Source: Candidatus Dormiibacterota bacterium (GTDB taxonomy: Bacteria; Chloroflexota; Dormibacteria; Aeolococcales; Aeolococcaceae). From it: 64,000 bases of DNA. Made by a program: the position numbers and the translations under genes. The notes beneath the pieces are model-generated. The model worked only from the letters and a program-made list of their open reading frames with translations, ran no database searches and was not told where the DNA came from. Shown here piece after piece: positions 36,676 to 45,931 of the stretch; the first letter of the stretch is position 1; every line of letters begins with the position of its first letter. The stretch covers positions 17,403 to 81,402 of the forward strand of contig JAFARE010000009.1 in the NCBI GenBank assembly GCA_019245575.1, given 5' to 3'.

Positions 36676-37631
36676 CGGTCAACTCCCACCTGGTTCGATC
36701 CTGTGACGGTCAGCGCGAGGAACGCGTCCTCGAGTCCCACGCCCGTGACCTCGATGTCGTGCGCGTCCGGGCACATCCGGAGCACGGCGCGCAGCACGCT
36801 GTCGGAGTCGGCCGCGCGGATCTCGACGCGCTCACCACGCACGGTGAGGACGTCTCCTCCCACGACCCGCTCGAGAGCGGCCGCGCTCGCGAAGGCGGAG
36901 GTGAAGCGAAGCACGCGCGTCGCGACCGACGCCTTGATCGACTGCGGCGTGCCGTCGGCGACGACCCGGCCCTTGCTGAGCACCACGACGCGGTCGCAGT
37001 TCTCATCCGCCTCGTCCAGATAGTGCGTGGAGTAGAGAATCGTGCGCCCCGCGCCGGCCAGCTGGCGCATCTCACGCCAGAAGCGGCGCCGCGCCTCCAC
37101 GTCCATCGCCGCAGTCGGCTCGTCCAGCACCAGCAGATCGGGGTTGGCGATGAGCGCCACCGCCAGCCGCAGCCGCTGCGTCTGGCCGCCGGACAGGCGG
37201 TCCACGCGCCGCCCTTCGACACCCTCGAGCTGCGCGATCTGCACGGCGCGGCGCATATCCATCTGGTTGGGATACAACGAGCGCAGCATGCTCAGCAGCT
37301 CACTGACGCTGACGCCCTGCATCATGCCGCCGTCCTGCAGCATTGCGCCGACGCGTCCGGCCGCGATCGCCTGCGCCGGCCGGCGGCCGAACACGCTGAC
37401 GGTGCCGCGGTCCGGGTCGAGCAGACCGAGGATCATGCCGATTGTGGTCGTCTTGCCCGCACCGTTGGGGCCGAGGAGAGCAACCGTTTCGCCCCGCCGG
37501 ATGGTGAACGTCAGATCGACGACAGCGGGGATCGATCCATAGGATTTGCACGCTCCCGCGATGTCGAGCGCACGCTGCGGAGTGGCCGCGACCGCCTCCG
37601 TCCCCGTGTCCGCACATGTGGTGATGGTCAT
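36672..37631 (-). CDS. ABC transporter ATP-binding protein
   Basis: Walker A GPNGAGKTT, signature LSGGQTQRL, Walker B LLVLDEPTAAMD. Confidence 0.9.
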   Translation of the reverse strand: MTITTCADTGTEAVAATPQRALDIAGACKSYGSIPAVVDLTFTIRRGETVALLGPNGAGKTTTIGMILGLLDPDRGTVSVFGRRPAQAIAAGRVGAMLQDGGMMQGVSVSELLSMLRSLYPNQMDMRRAVQIAQLEGVEGRRVDRLSGGQTQRLRLAVALIANPDLLVLDEPTAAMDVEARRRFWREMRQLAGAGRTILYSTHYLDEADENCDRVVVLSKGRVVADGTPQSIKASVATRVLRFTSAFASAAALERVVGGDVLTVRGERVEIRAADSDSVLRAVLRMCPDAHDIEVTGVGLEDAFLALTVTGSNQVGVDR

Positions 37632-37696
37632 GTGCCCAGCCTAGGAGTGGCCGGTCGCCACCGCCACTGAGCCACATCCCGAAGTTGACGTGACGT

Positions 37697-39277
37697 TTGT
37701 CATGTCCGCGAACCGTCCGTGGCCCAGGCCGATCATTGAGCGTGTCGTACGAGACCGGCTGGCTTGTCTTCGCGCTGCTCGCCGCGGCCTTCGTCATCGC
37801 CCGACGTCAGCTGTCAGACGCCGTGACGGGCTGGCTCACGCGGCTGCTTCGCCACGCGGCGCGCGTTCCCCATCCGCCGCCGCGCGCCACACACTGGGCG
37901 CGCGCCGGCGCGCCGCTTGCGCTGCGCGGCGCCAGGCGCTCGCGACACACGTTCACGCTGGGTTCGCGCGGCCGGACGCGTGTGCGCCTGCGCGCGGAGA
38001 GCAGCGTGCTCGTCATCGGCCCCACACGGTCGGGAAAGACCAGCGCGCTGGTGGTGCCCAATCTCCTCACGTGGCGGGGACCGGCAATCGCCACCAGCAC
38101 CAAGGCCGAGCTGGTCGACGTCACGGCGGGGTACCGGCAGACACGCGGGCCCGTGTACGTGTACGACCCGACCGCGGAGATGTCGGCGCGCTGCGAGTCG
38201 CTGCGCTGGTCGCCGATCGCGGGATGCGAGAGCGTTGACCACGCGTGGCGGGTCGCAGCATGGCTCAGCGGCGCGCTGCAGCAGCAGGGGCGCGCCGACA
38301 ACGACTGGGCGCACTGGGCGGAATCGGCCAAGCTGCTGGTGGCGCCACTGTTTCACGCCGCGGCGCTGACGGGACGCAGCATCAACGACGTCTGCGCCTG
38401 GATCCACGCGTTCGACCTGGGCGCGGCGGCGTCGCTGCTCGAGGACATTGCGGAGGGTGATGACCCGGCGCGCGCGCAGGACGCCGCACGCGCGCTGTCG
38501 ATGCTGACAGCGGTGGACCAGCGACCGGAGAAGGAGCGCGGCACGGTGTTCTCCACCGTGATGCGCCTCTTCAGCGCATTCAACGAGCGCGCGGTCGCGG
38601 AATCCGCGTCGTGGAGCCGATTCAACGCCCAGGACTTCCTGCGGCGCTCGGGCACGCTGTACCTCTGCACGCCGCGGCAGTCCCCGGAGCGCATCGCGGC
38701 GCTCTTCGCCGGGCTGCTCATGACCGTCGTCACCGCCGCGTATGCGATGGCCGATGCAACGCGCGCCGGCGCCCTTGAGCCGCCGCTCGGCCTCTTTCTC
38801 GACGAGCTCGCCAACGTGGTGCCGGTCGAGGACCTCCCGTCACTCGCATCGCAGGGCGCGGGACGCGGCGTGGTCCTGATGTCGATCGTGCAGGACCTCA
38901 GCCAGCTGCGGTCGCGCTACGGCAACGAGCGAGCCAACTCCATCCTCAACAACCACGTCTGCAAGGTCGTGCTGCCGGGGATCACGGACCCGGACACCGC
39001 GGATGTGCTGTCTCGGCTGCTGGGCCACCGCGAGCACACCGAGGTGCAGGTGACGCGCGGCGGTGACGGACGCACGACGCACTCGTACGTGCGCCGCCGC
39101 GAGCCGCTCGCGACAGCCGACGCGCTGCGCCAGCTGGCCCCGGGCAGCGCCGCCGTGCTGGACGGCGGGGCGCCGCCCATGCTGGTGCATCTCGGGCCAT
39201 GGTTTCGCAGCGCCGCGATGCGCGAGCTCGCCGCGGCGCCATACCTGCGATATGCGGAGGAGGTGCCGGCGGCGTGA
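37697..39277 (+). CDS. type IV secretion coupling protein-like ATPase (TraG/TraD/VirD4 family)
   Basis: N-terminal TM helix (WLVFALLAAAFVIA), Walker A VIGPTRSGKTS, Walker B LGLFLDELANV, and the family-typical SIVQDLSQLRSRYG...ILNN segment. Start is uncertain: TTG 37697, TTG 37736 or GTG 37742. Confidence 0.75.
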   Translation: MSCPRTVRGPGRSLSVSYETGWLVFALLAAAFVIARRQLSDAVTGWLTRLLRHAARVPHPPPRATHWARAGAPLALRGARRSRHTFTLGSRGRTRVRLRAESSVLVIGPTRSGKTSALVVPNLLTWRGPAIATSTKAELVDVTAGYRQTRGPVYVYDPTAEMSARCESLRWSPIAGCESVDHAWRVAAWLSGALQQQGRADNDWAHWAESAKLLVAPLFHAAALTGRSINDVCAWIHAFDLGAAASLLEDIAEGDDPARAQDAARALSMLTAVDQRPEKERGTVFSTVMRLFSAFNERAVAESASWSRFNAQDFLRRSGTLYLCTPRQSPERIAALFAGLLMTVVTAAYAMADATRAGALEPPLGLFLDELANVVPVEDLPSLASQGAGRGVVLMSIVQDLSQLRSRYGNERANSILNNHVCKVVLPGITDPDTADVLSRLLGHREHTEVQVTRGGDGRTTHSYVRRREPLATADALRQLAPGSAAVLDGGAPPMLVHLGPWFRSAAMRELAAAPYLRYAEEVPAA

Positions 39278-39288
39278 GCCGCGATATT

Positions 39289-40344
39289 TCAGCGGCGCCG
39301 CAGCGCCAGCATCTCGTCGGCGAGGTCGTCCAGCGTCGACTGCATCACGCCGCGTATCGGCGTGGCGCGCACCTCGGCCACGACCGCATCGAGTGATGCG
39401 TTGTTCGCAGCCGCGTCCTCGAGCAGGATCTCGAGACGCAGCGACGAGTGGTGCAACCGCTCCTGCACCAGGCGCTTCAACTCAGGAAGCAGCTCGGCCA
39501 CCGTTTCCGACGCCGGCGGTCCGACCGGCACGAGCTCCGGCCGGGGCGGCGGAGGCTGCTGGGGCACGCCGAAGATGTTCGTGACCCCGCCGTCCTCCTC
39601 CGGTGCGGCGACCGGCGGCTCGATGCGGTGGCCCGAAGCGGCGGGCGGCGCGTCCGTCGCCTGTGTGCGCACGGCGTCCTGCAGCACGCGGATGGTGCCC
39701 GTGCCGGACGCCACGAGCTCGTCCACCAGCGAGGGGTCGCCCAGCTCGCGGTGGCGGTCCGTGTAGGTCGCAACCTGCACGCCGTCGCGGATGCTGCTGA
39801 CACCGCGGCCCGCCGCGGTGTTGAGCTCGACGATGTACGTGCCGGTGCGGGCGCGGATGTCCGCGAGCAGCCGGCTCCAGATGATCCAGTCGAGGCGCAG
39901 GTCGGCGTACAGCGGGTCGCCCCGCACCAGGGGCGGGAGCGCCTCCACCACGTTCGCCTGCAGGCGCCACGCCGAGACGATCGCGTCCTCCCAGCTGCGG
40001 ATGCGGGCCACCGCCTCCTCTCCCGCGGCGCGGTGCTCCGGCTCCACGGCGTAGTGCTCGCTGATGCGGCCCCCGCGGATGAGGATCACGCCGACGCCGG
40101 GCGAGCGCCGGATGACGATGAGCCCGTCGCCGATCACGGGGGCGAGCGCCTCGAGGACCAGCGCCCGCGCGGGCAGATCCTCGAACACGGTGTCCCCGCG
40201 CGGCAGCAGCGGGATGATGTCTGGGGCCGGGACCGTTGGGGGCTTGTAGAAGGGGGCTGTGCTGAGGTCTCCGCTCACGGCCCGGTATCGTAGCTTTCGC
40301 AACGCCGCAGCGTGGAGCGCAGTTGTGCGGCGCCTCGTGAACAC
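39289..40344 (-). CDS. hypothetical protein (no family assigned with confidence)
   Basis: High GC3 ORF. Two ~90-aa segments loosely resemble DUF4388/roadblock-type modules (...GLIVIRRSPGVGVILIRGGRISEHYAV...; ...GTYIVELNTAAGRGVSSIRDGVQVATYTD...). These are followed by a Pro-rich linker and a helical C-terminus. GC3 rises only after an alternative GTG start at 40278. Confidence 0.6.
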   Translation of the reverse strand: MFTRRRTTALHAAALRKLRYRAVSGDLSTAPFYKPPTVPAPDIIPLLPRGDTVFEDLPARALVLEALAPVIGDGLIVIRRSPGVGVILIRGGRISEHYAVEPEHRAAGEEAVARIRSWEDAIVSAWRLQANVVEALPPLVRGDPLYADLRLDWIIWSRLLADIRARTGTYIVELNTAAGRGVSSIRDGVQVATYTDRHRELGDPSLVDELVASGTGTIRVLQDAVRTQATDAPPAASGHRIEPPVAAPEEDGGVTNIFGVPQQPPPPRPELVPVGPPASETVAELLPELKRLVQERLHHSSLRLEILLEDAAANNASLDAVVAEVRATPIRGVMQSTLDDLADEMLALRRR

Positions 40345-40355
40345 GGAGGTGATCT

Positions 40356-40928
40356 GTGGCGCGGCGCATGGTCACGTGGATGCGTTGGGAGTTCTCCCGC
40401 GAGATCGAGCTCACCGCCGGTGTGCGCTTGATCATCCTCGACCGCCTTGTCAAGGTCGTGACGCTCGCCGTCGGAGGCATCGTCCTGCTCGTCGCCGAGC
40501 GCACCGGGTGGCTCTCCGGTTTTGTGGCGGACGCGCAGCAGGACCTCAATCTCAACCCGGGAAGCAGCCTGTGGGAGCGCGCGGTCAACAGCGTGGTGCA
40601 CCAGTTCGGCTCGCTGTCCACGTCCGTGCAGACGATCTTTGCGATCGCTGCGATTTTGTACGGCCTGCTCGAAGCGGTGGAGGCGTTCGGTCTGGTCCGG
40701 CGCAGGCGCTGGGCGGAATACCTCGTCTTCCTCGCCACGATCGCGTTCATCCCGGTGGAGATCGAGGAGCTCGCGCGACACCCCTCGGCACTGAAGGGTC
40801 TTGCGTTCGCAATCAACGTGGTCATCGCCGTGTATCTCGTGTGGCGCAAGAAGTTGTTCCAGCCGCGTCCGCCCTCGGAGGGTCTGCGCGCGCCGAGCGC
40901 CGAGCCCGCTGCCGCGGTGGGCGGCTGA
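40356..40928 (+). CDS. DUF2127 family membrane protein
   Basis: 190 aa, four helices, with RRRWAEYLVFLATIAFIPVEIEEL...LAFAINVVIAVYL typical of DUF2127. GTG start with GGAGG 7 nt upstream. Confidence 0.65.
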   Translation: MARRMVTWMRWEFSREIELTAGVRLIILDRLVKVVTLAVGGIVLLVAERTGWLSGFVADAQQDLNLNPGSSLWERAVNSVVHQFGSLSTSVQTIFAIAAILYGLLEAVEAFGLVRRRRWAEYLVFLATIAFIPVEIEELARHPSALKGLAFAINVVIAVYLVWRKKLFQPRPPSEGLRAPSAEPAAAVGG

Positions 40929-40930
40929 CG

Positions 40931-41707
40931 ATGGACCTGGGGCTGCGCGGCCGCGCCGCGTTCGTCGCGGCGTCGAGCAAGGGCATGGGGCGCGCCGTCG
41001 CCGAGATCTTCGCCGCCGAGGGCGCCGATGTGGGCATGTGCGCGCGCCATGAGGACACGCTGCGCGCCGCGGCGAACAGCGTCCGCGCGAGCGGCGTGCG
41101 CGTAGTGGAGACGGTTGCGGACGTCAGCGTCGCCGGCCAGGGGGAGCACGCGGTGCGGCGCGCCATCGACGAGCTCGGCCGGCTCGACGCCCTGGTCGTC
41201 AACGCAGCCGGCCCGCCGCACGCGACATTCGACCAGCTCTCCGACGAGCAGTGGGATGCGGCGTATCAGCTGACCCTGTTGAGCGCCATTCGCCTGATCC
41301 GCGCCGCGCTGCCGGCGCTGCGGCGATCCGACGCCGCGGCCATCCTGTTCATCTCCTCGTGGTCCGCCAGACAGCCGATACCCGGGCTGACCCTGAGCAA
41401 CACGCTGCGCGGCGCGACGGCCGGTCTGGCCAAGACGCTGTCGAACGAGCTCGCGCCTTCAGTGCGGGTCAACACCATCCTTCCCGGCACGATCCGCACC
41501 GACCGCCAGATCGAGGTCGCGAGGGCGAGCGGCGCGGTGGACCTGGAGGAGCACTTCCACCGGATGGCCAGTTCGGTGCCGCTGGGCCGGATCGGCGAGC
41601 CGGACGAGGTCGCCCGAGCTGTCGTGTTCCTCTGCTCGCCGGCGGCCGCGTTCATCACGGGGCAGATGCTCGCCGTGGACGGAGGCGTCATCAGGGCGGT
41701 GTCGTGA
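40931..41707 (+). CDS. SDR family oxidoreductase (3-oxoacyl-ACP reductase-like)
   Basis: AFVAASSKGMGRAVA (TGxxxGxG variant), NAAG, and the C-terminal ITGQMLAVDGG. Confidence 0.9.
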   Translation: MDLGLRGRAAFVAASSKGMGRAVAEIFAAEGADVGMCARHEDTLRAAANSVRASGVRVVETVADVSVAGQGEHAVRRAIDELGRLDALVVNAAGPPHATFDQLSDEQWDAAYQLTLLSAIRLIRAALPALRRSDAAAILFISSWSARQPIPGLTLSNTLRGATAGLAKTLSNELAPSVRVNTILPGTIRTDRQIEVARASGAVDLEEHFHRMASSVPLGRIGEPDEVARAVVFLCSPAAAFITGQMLAVDGGVIRAVS

Positions 41708-42231
41708 CGCAGGTCGACGGCCCGCTGTCCTTCACGCCACTCCGCGAAGACGACCTGCCGCTTGTGGCCGTGTGGCGCGGCCGCCCCCATGTCGCGCGCT
41801 GGTTCCACGGACCGCTCGACGCCGCGCAGACGAGAGAGAAGTTCCTGCCCCGCATCAGCGGTGCTGAGCCCGTGCGCGTGAGCATCGTGCGCTGCGCCGG
41901 CGAGCCGGCCGGCTACATCCAGGAGTTCCGGGTGGGGGACATGCCGCGCGTGATGGCGGCGCTGCAGGTCGACCCCGAGGCGCGCGGCCTCGACATGCTG
42001 ATCGGCGATGCGGCCGACACCGGCCGCGGGCTGGGCACGCGGGTGGTGCGGGAGTTCAGCGACGGGCTGCTGGCGGACGCGCGCGTGCCCCTGGTGGTGA
42101 TCGCTCCGGACGTCGACAACGGGGCGGCCATCCGCTGCTACGAGAAGGCGGGGTTCGCGGCGGTGCGCCAGGTGCCCAGCACGTTCGACGACCGCACCAA
42201 CCTGCTCATGGAGCGCAGCCGCCCAGCCTGA
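41704..42231 (+). CDS. GNAT family N-acetyltransferase
   Basis: 175 aa. Acetyl-CoA motif TGRGLGTRVV and NGAAIRCYEKAGF. GTGA overlap with the SDR stop. Confidence 0.8.
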   Translation: MTQVDGPLSFTPLREDDLPLVAVWRGRPHVARWFHGPLDAAQTREKFLPRISGAEPVRVSIVRCAGEPAGYIQEFRVGDMPRVMAALQVDPEARGLDMLIGDAADTGRGLGTRVVREFSDGLLADARVPLVVIAPDVDNGAAIRCYEKAGFAAVRQVPSTFDDRTNLLMERSRPA

Positions 42232-42290
42232 GCATCGCACTGTCAGGTAATCTGATAGCGAAGCGCACAACCGGCTGCAGGAGGCACGAC

Positions 42291-42851
42291 ATGAATGCGA
42301 TCGCGCTGCTGAGGGACGACCACCGGCGGGTGAAGCAGCTGTTCCGCGAGTACGAGCGGCTCGGCCCGCGCGCGAAGCGCGCAAAGCAGCGGATCGTGCA
42401 GGAGTTCAGCCGCGAGCTGGCGGTGCACTCCAACATCGAGGAGGTCGTCTTCTACCCACAGGTGCGCGAGCACGTGCAGCGCGCGGAGGATGAGGTGCTC
42501 GAGGGACTCGAGGAGCACCACATCGTCAAGTGGACGCTCAGCGAGCTGGAGAAGATGCGTCCTGAGGACGAACGCTACGACGCGAAGGTGCGCGTGCTGA
42601 TGGAGAGCGTGCGCCACCACATCGACGAGGAGGAGCGCGAGCTCTTCCCCCGGGTGCGCGCCGCGGTCTCACGCGCCGAGCTCAACGAGATGGGCGAAAA
42701 GCTGCAGCAGGCGAAAGCGGCGGCGCCGACCCGCCCCCATCCGCGCGCCCCCGACGAGCCGCCGGCGAACGTCGTCGCCGCTGCGATCTCGGCGCCGATG
42801 GACGTGGTCATGGACGGGGCCAAGCACGCGGTGTCGCGCGTCAGAGGCTGA
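42291..42851 (+). CDS. hemerythrin (HHE cation-binding) domain protein
   Basis: LLRDDHRRVKQLF...HSNIEEVVFYP...EEHH...VRHHIDEEERELFP. Confidence 0.85.
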   Translation: MNAIALLRDDHRRVKQLFREYERLGPRAKRAKQRIVQEFSRELAVHSNIEEVVFYPQVREHVQRAEDEVLEGLEEHHIVKWTLSELEKMRPEDERYDAKVRVLMESVRHHIDEEERELFPRVRAAVSRAELNEMGEKLQQAKAAAPTRPHPRAPDEPPANVVAAAISAPMDVVMDGAKHAVSRVRG

Positions 42852-42858
42852 TCCCCGG

Positions 42859-43821
42859 CTAGCAGGAGGCCGCGTACAGGATCGCGATGATCCCGGGAAG
42901 GTTGAACAGCGCGTGCACGAGCGCGCCGGGCACCAGGCTCTTGCTGAAGTGAAAGACGACGGCCAGCACGCAACCGACCGCGAAGAGCGGGATGAAGAGC
43001 AGGAGCACGCCGTGCAACGCAGCGAAGATCGCCGCGCTGACCGGAACGGCGACCCCGGCGGGCGACCAGCGGTGCAGCCAGCCGAAGACGAAGCCGCGGA
43101 ATATCGTCTCCTCCGACAGCGGCGCGATGACGCACACCACGATCACGGCGAGCGCGAGGAAATGGCCGTACTCGTGCTGCACCGCGACGCACTGCGTGTT
43201 CTGAGCTGAGGGAAACAGCCGCTGGCTGAAGACCTGCAGGTACTCGGCGCCGACCACGGTGACCCACGCGGTGGCGATCGCGATCGGCGCCCACCACCAG
43301 CTGAAGCGGCGCCACCCCAGGTCGAACAGATTGCCGCCGCGGCGCAGAAACGCAAGCACGTAGATGTTGAAGAGCGCGCCCGCGTAGAAGGCGGCCTGGG
43401 CGATGAACGACTCGACCGCGTTTCGCACCGTTGAGTCCACGTCCTTGGTGAACTGGTCGCCGAGGGGCACGAACAGCGAGACCAGCATCGTCGACGCGGT
43501 GAACGCGCCTGGCCAGAAGAGCAGGAAGTCCGTCCAGTCCCAGGGGACGCGCCGGAACCCGTCGGCGCCGACGGGCTGGACCGGCGCCACCGCAGGGTCA
43601 CGGCCCATGCGGACCGTTCCGTACGCCAGAAAGCCGGCCCCCACGACGCAGAGCACAGGGATGACGACGCTCGTGTGCCCCGCGTAGAACGCCGCGATGA
43701 GGAACAACATGCATGCCTCGACGCCGATGACGATGCGGGCGGCGCCGACGCGCAGCGGTCGAGAGGGAGCCGCCGGCGGCGCCTCGATGAGCGCCGGAGG
43801 CGCGGACTGGGTCTCGGTCAC
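42859..43821 (-). CDS. CPBP family intramembrane glutamic endopeptidase (CAAX protease-like)
   Basis: Multi-TM protein with SEETIFRGFVF, FAALH and HALFN motifs. Confidence 0.8.
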   Translation of the reverse strand: MTETQSAPPALIEAPPAAPSRPLRVGAARIVIGVEACMLFLIAAFYAGHTSVVIPVLCVVGAGFLAYGTVRMGRDPAVAPVQPVGADGFRRVPWDWTDFLLFWPGAFTASTMLVSLFVPLGDQFTKDVDSTVRNAVESFIAQAAFYAGALFNIYVLAFLRRGGNLFDLGWRRFSWWWAPIAIATAWVTVVGAEYLQVFSQRLFPSAQNTQCVAVQHEYGHFLALAVIVVCVIAPLSEETIFRGFVFGWLHRWSPAGVAVPVSAAIFAALHGVLLLFIPLFAVGCVLAVVFHFSKSLVPGALVHALFNLPGIIAILYAASC

Positions 43822-43850
43822 CGTCCGGCCATTCTGATCAGAATCGCGTC

Positions 43851-44972
43851 ATGGCAGCGACGGAGCAGCTGATCGGCCACGAGGCGGTGCTGCGCCGGCT
43901 GGAGCGCGCCGCCGGCGCCGGTGCGCTGGGGCACGCCATCCTCTTCACCGGTCCCGAGGGCGTGGGCAAGACCACGACGGCGCTGGCGCTCGCGGCGCAC
44001 CTCCTCGACGCCGCTGCGTGGCCCGGCGGCCCGTCCGCGCATCCCGACCTGTGGATCGAGGATTCGGAGGCGGAGAACCTGAGCATCGAGCGGGTCCGCG
44101 CCGGCGGCCGGGACGGGCCCACGCTGCAGGACTTCCTGGCCCTGCGCCCGTACGTGGGGCGGCGTCGCGTGGCCGTGCTGGGCCGGGCGGAGCGCCTCAC
44201 CGAGCAGGCGGCCAACTCGCTGCTGAAGACCGTCGAGGAGCCGCCCCCGGGCACCCATCTGCTGCTCTCCGCCGCCCACTTCGAGCGCCTGCCCAGCACC
44301 GTGCTGTCACGCTGCGAAGTCGTCGTCCTGGGCCCCGTCAGCGCCGCCGCCATCGCCGACTGGCTGACCGCCGCGAACGGTGTGGCGCCGGAGCTGGCGT
44401 CGCTGGCGGCGCCGCTCTCGGCAGGCCGGCCCGGACGGGCGCTGCGCCTGGCCACGGAGGAGGGCGCGCTCAATGCCGAGCTGGCGGCACTCGACGCCTT
44501 CCTTGCCGCAGGGGGAGGCGGCGTGGGAGCGGCGCTGACCACCGCTGCGGCGGTGGCGCCGGGCGCAGGCGCCGAGGGGCGCGAGCGGGGCCTGCTGACG
44601 CTGGCCGCATGGGCGGCGTTCGCGCGCGACGCCGCCTGCTACTCGGCGGGCTGCCCGGAGCTTGCCGTCTGGAGCGCCTACCGGCCGGCGTTGGAGCGCT
44701 GGGCGGAGGACCTCGCTCCGTCCCGGATCGTGGACATCCTCGATCGCATCGTGCTGGCCTCGGAGGCGGTCGCCACCTACGCCCAGCCGCGGCTCGCGTT
44801 CGAGGCGCTGCTGGTCGACGTGTTCGCCGGGGCTGACAGCCCGCCGGCGGTGCCGGCCCGGAGCGGTGGCCTCCTGGGGCCGGGTGGTCCCGTCAGCGGC
44901 GGCGGCGCACCAGCAGGTAGGCCATCGCGACCCCGAGGAGCGCGGCGGGCACCAGCCAGGGCCGGCGGTTGA
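43851..44972 (+). CDS. holB: DNA polymerase III subunit delta'
   Basis: GHAILFTGPEGVGKTTTALALA, SIERVR, LTEQAANSLLKTVEEPP, STVLSRC. The last ~25 codons have poor GC3 and overlap a convergent small ORF. Confidence 0.8.
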   Translation: MAATEQLIGHEAVLRRLERAAGAGALGHAILFTGPEGVGKTTTALALAAHLLDAAAWPGGPSAHPDLWIEDSEAENLSIERVRAGGRDGPTLQDFLALRPYVGRRRVAVLGRAERLTEQAANSLLKTVEEPPPGTHLLLSAAHFERLPSTVLSRCEVVVLGPVSAAAIADWLTAANGVAPELASLAAPLSAGRPGRALRLATEEGALNAELAALDAFLAAGGGGVGAALTTAAAVAPGAGAEGRERGLLTLAAWAAFARDAACYSAGCPELAVWSAYRPALERWAEDLAPSRIVDILDRIVLASEAVATYAQPRLAFEALLVDVFAGADSPPAVPARSGGLLGPGGPVSGGGAPAGRPSRPRGARRAPARAGG

Positions 44973-45129
44973 CGATGCGACTGAACTCCTGGCCGAAGCC
45001 GCCGATGGCGCCGTCGCGCGGCACCTCGAGCGGTTCGTCGGTCATGAGCCGGACCGTGCCCGGGACGGGGGGCGCCGGGAGCGCCTCCTCGCCGGAAACG
45101 CCGGCGTAGCCGCCGGCCTCGTCGGTCAT
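44893..45129 (-). CDS. hypothetical small tail-anchored membrane protein
   Basis: 78 aa from ATG 45129, very high GC3, with a C-terminal TM helix (PWLVPAALLGVAMAYLLV) followed by RRRR. Overlaps the holB 3' end by 80 nt, convergently. Confidence 0.45.
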   Translation of the reverse strand: MTDEAGGYAGVSGEEALPAPPVPGTVRLMTDEPLEVPRDGAIGGFGQEFSRIVNRRPWLVPAALLGVAMAYLLVRRRR

Positions 45130-45188
45130 CCGCGCAATTCTGCGCGATCGGAGGCGGCCTGTCAGCACGCGCCTGCTACAACGTCAGC

Positions 45189-45680
45189 ATGGCCCTGATG
45201 TCCCCGGCGCGGCTTCGCGAGCTGTACCGCCAGGAATTCGCCAACCCGCGCCGCGAGCGCCTCTTTCTTTCCTCGGTTGCGTTCTTCACCGCGTTCGCGG
45301 TGACGCGTGGCATCACGCACGCGATCCGGCGCGGCGTGGGGCCGTTCCGCAACATCGACCCGGGCGGCCATCACATTCATCACCTCGTGTTCGGCATCAC
45401 GGGGCTACTCACCAGTGGCTATGCGTGGCTGGTGCAGGTGGGGACCGGCCGGCGGGGCGACGACGACGCTGCCTCGCGCATCACCGCAGTCGTCTACGGC
45501 GCGTCGTCGGCCATCACGCTCGACGAGTTCGCGCTGTGGCTCAACCTCGAGGACGTGTACTGGGCGCGCCAGGGACGCGAGTCGGTCGACGCGGTGGTGC
45601 TCTTCGGCGCCGCGCTCTCCATCGGACTCTGGGGACGCTACTTCTTCCGCGCCGTGGGGCGAGAGCTGCGGCGGGTGTGA
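45189..45680 (+). CDS. hypothetical integral membrane protein
   Basis: 163 aa, four helices, conserved-looking GGHHIHHLVFG motif. No family assigned. Confidence 0.6.
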   Translation: MALMSPARLRELYRQEFANPRRERLFLSSVAFFTAFAVTRGITHAIRRGVGPFRNIDPGGHHIHHLVFGITGLLTSGYAWLVQVGTGRRGDDDAASRITAVVYGASSAITLDEFALWLNLEDVYWARQGRESVDAVVLFGAALSIGLWGRYFFRAVGRELRRV

Positions 45681-45931
45681 GCGCGGTGCTCGACCTCAGC
45701 GAGTCCGAGGAGCTGTGCACCGAGCCTCTGCCGATCGAACGCGTGCGGCGAGCGTACGACGGGCTCAGCCCTGGGCAGGTGCTCGAGGTGCGCTCGCGCG
45801 TCGCCGAGCACGCATTCATGGTGCGCACCTGGAGCCGCAAGCAGGGGGCCACGCTGCGCGTCGATGATCGCGTCGACGGCGTGCACCGGCTGGTCATCGA
45901 GCGTGGTGCAGCAGCGCCCACTGCCGGCTGA
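45677..45931 (+). CDS. small TusA/SirA-like protein (tentative)
   Basis: 84 aa. LDLSESEELCTEPLPIERVRRAYDGLSPGQVLEVRS... resembles the LD.RG..CP.P...K......G..L.V pattern of TusA. GTGA overlap with the upstream stop. Confidence 0.5.
   Translation: MSAVLDLSESEELCTEPLPIERVRRAYDGLSPGQVLEVRSRVAEHAFMVRTWSRKQGATLRVDDRVDGVHRLVIERGAAAPTAG

Noticed and set aside
37697-39277. Interpreting the VirD4/TraG-like gene as a marker of an integrated conjugative element or genomic island.
   Set aside because: No integrase, relaxase, VirB4-like ATPase, flanking direct repeats, tRNA gene or visible compositional change is present in the surrounding ~20 kb. The neighbours are ordinary housekeeping genes.
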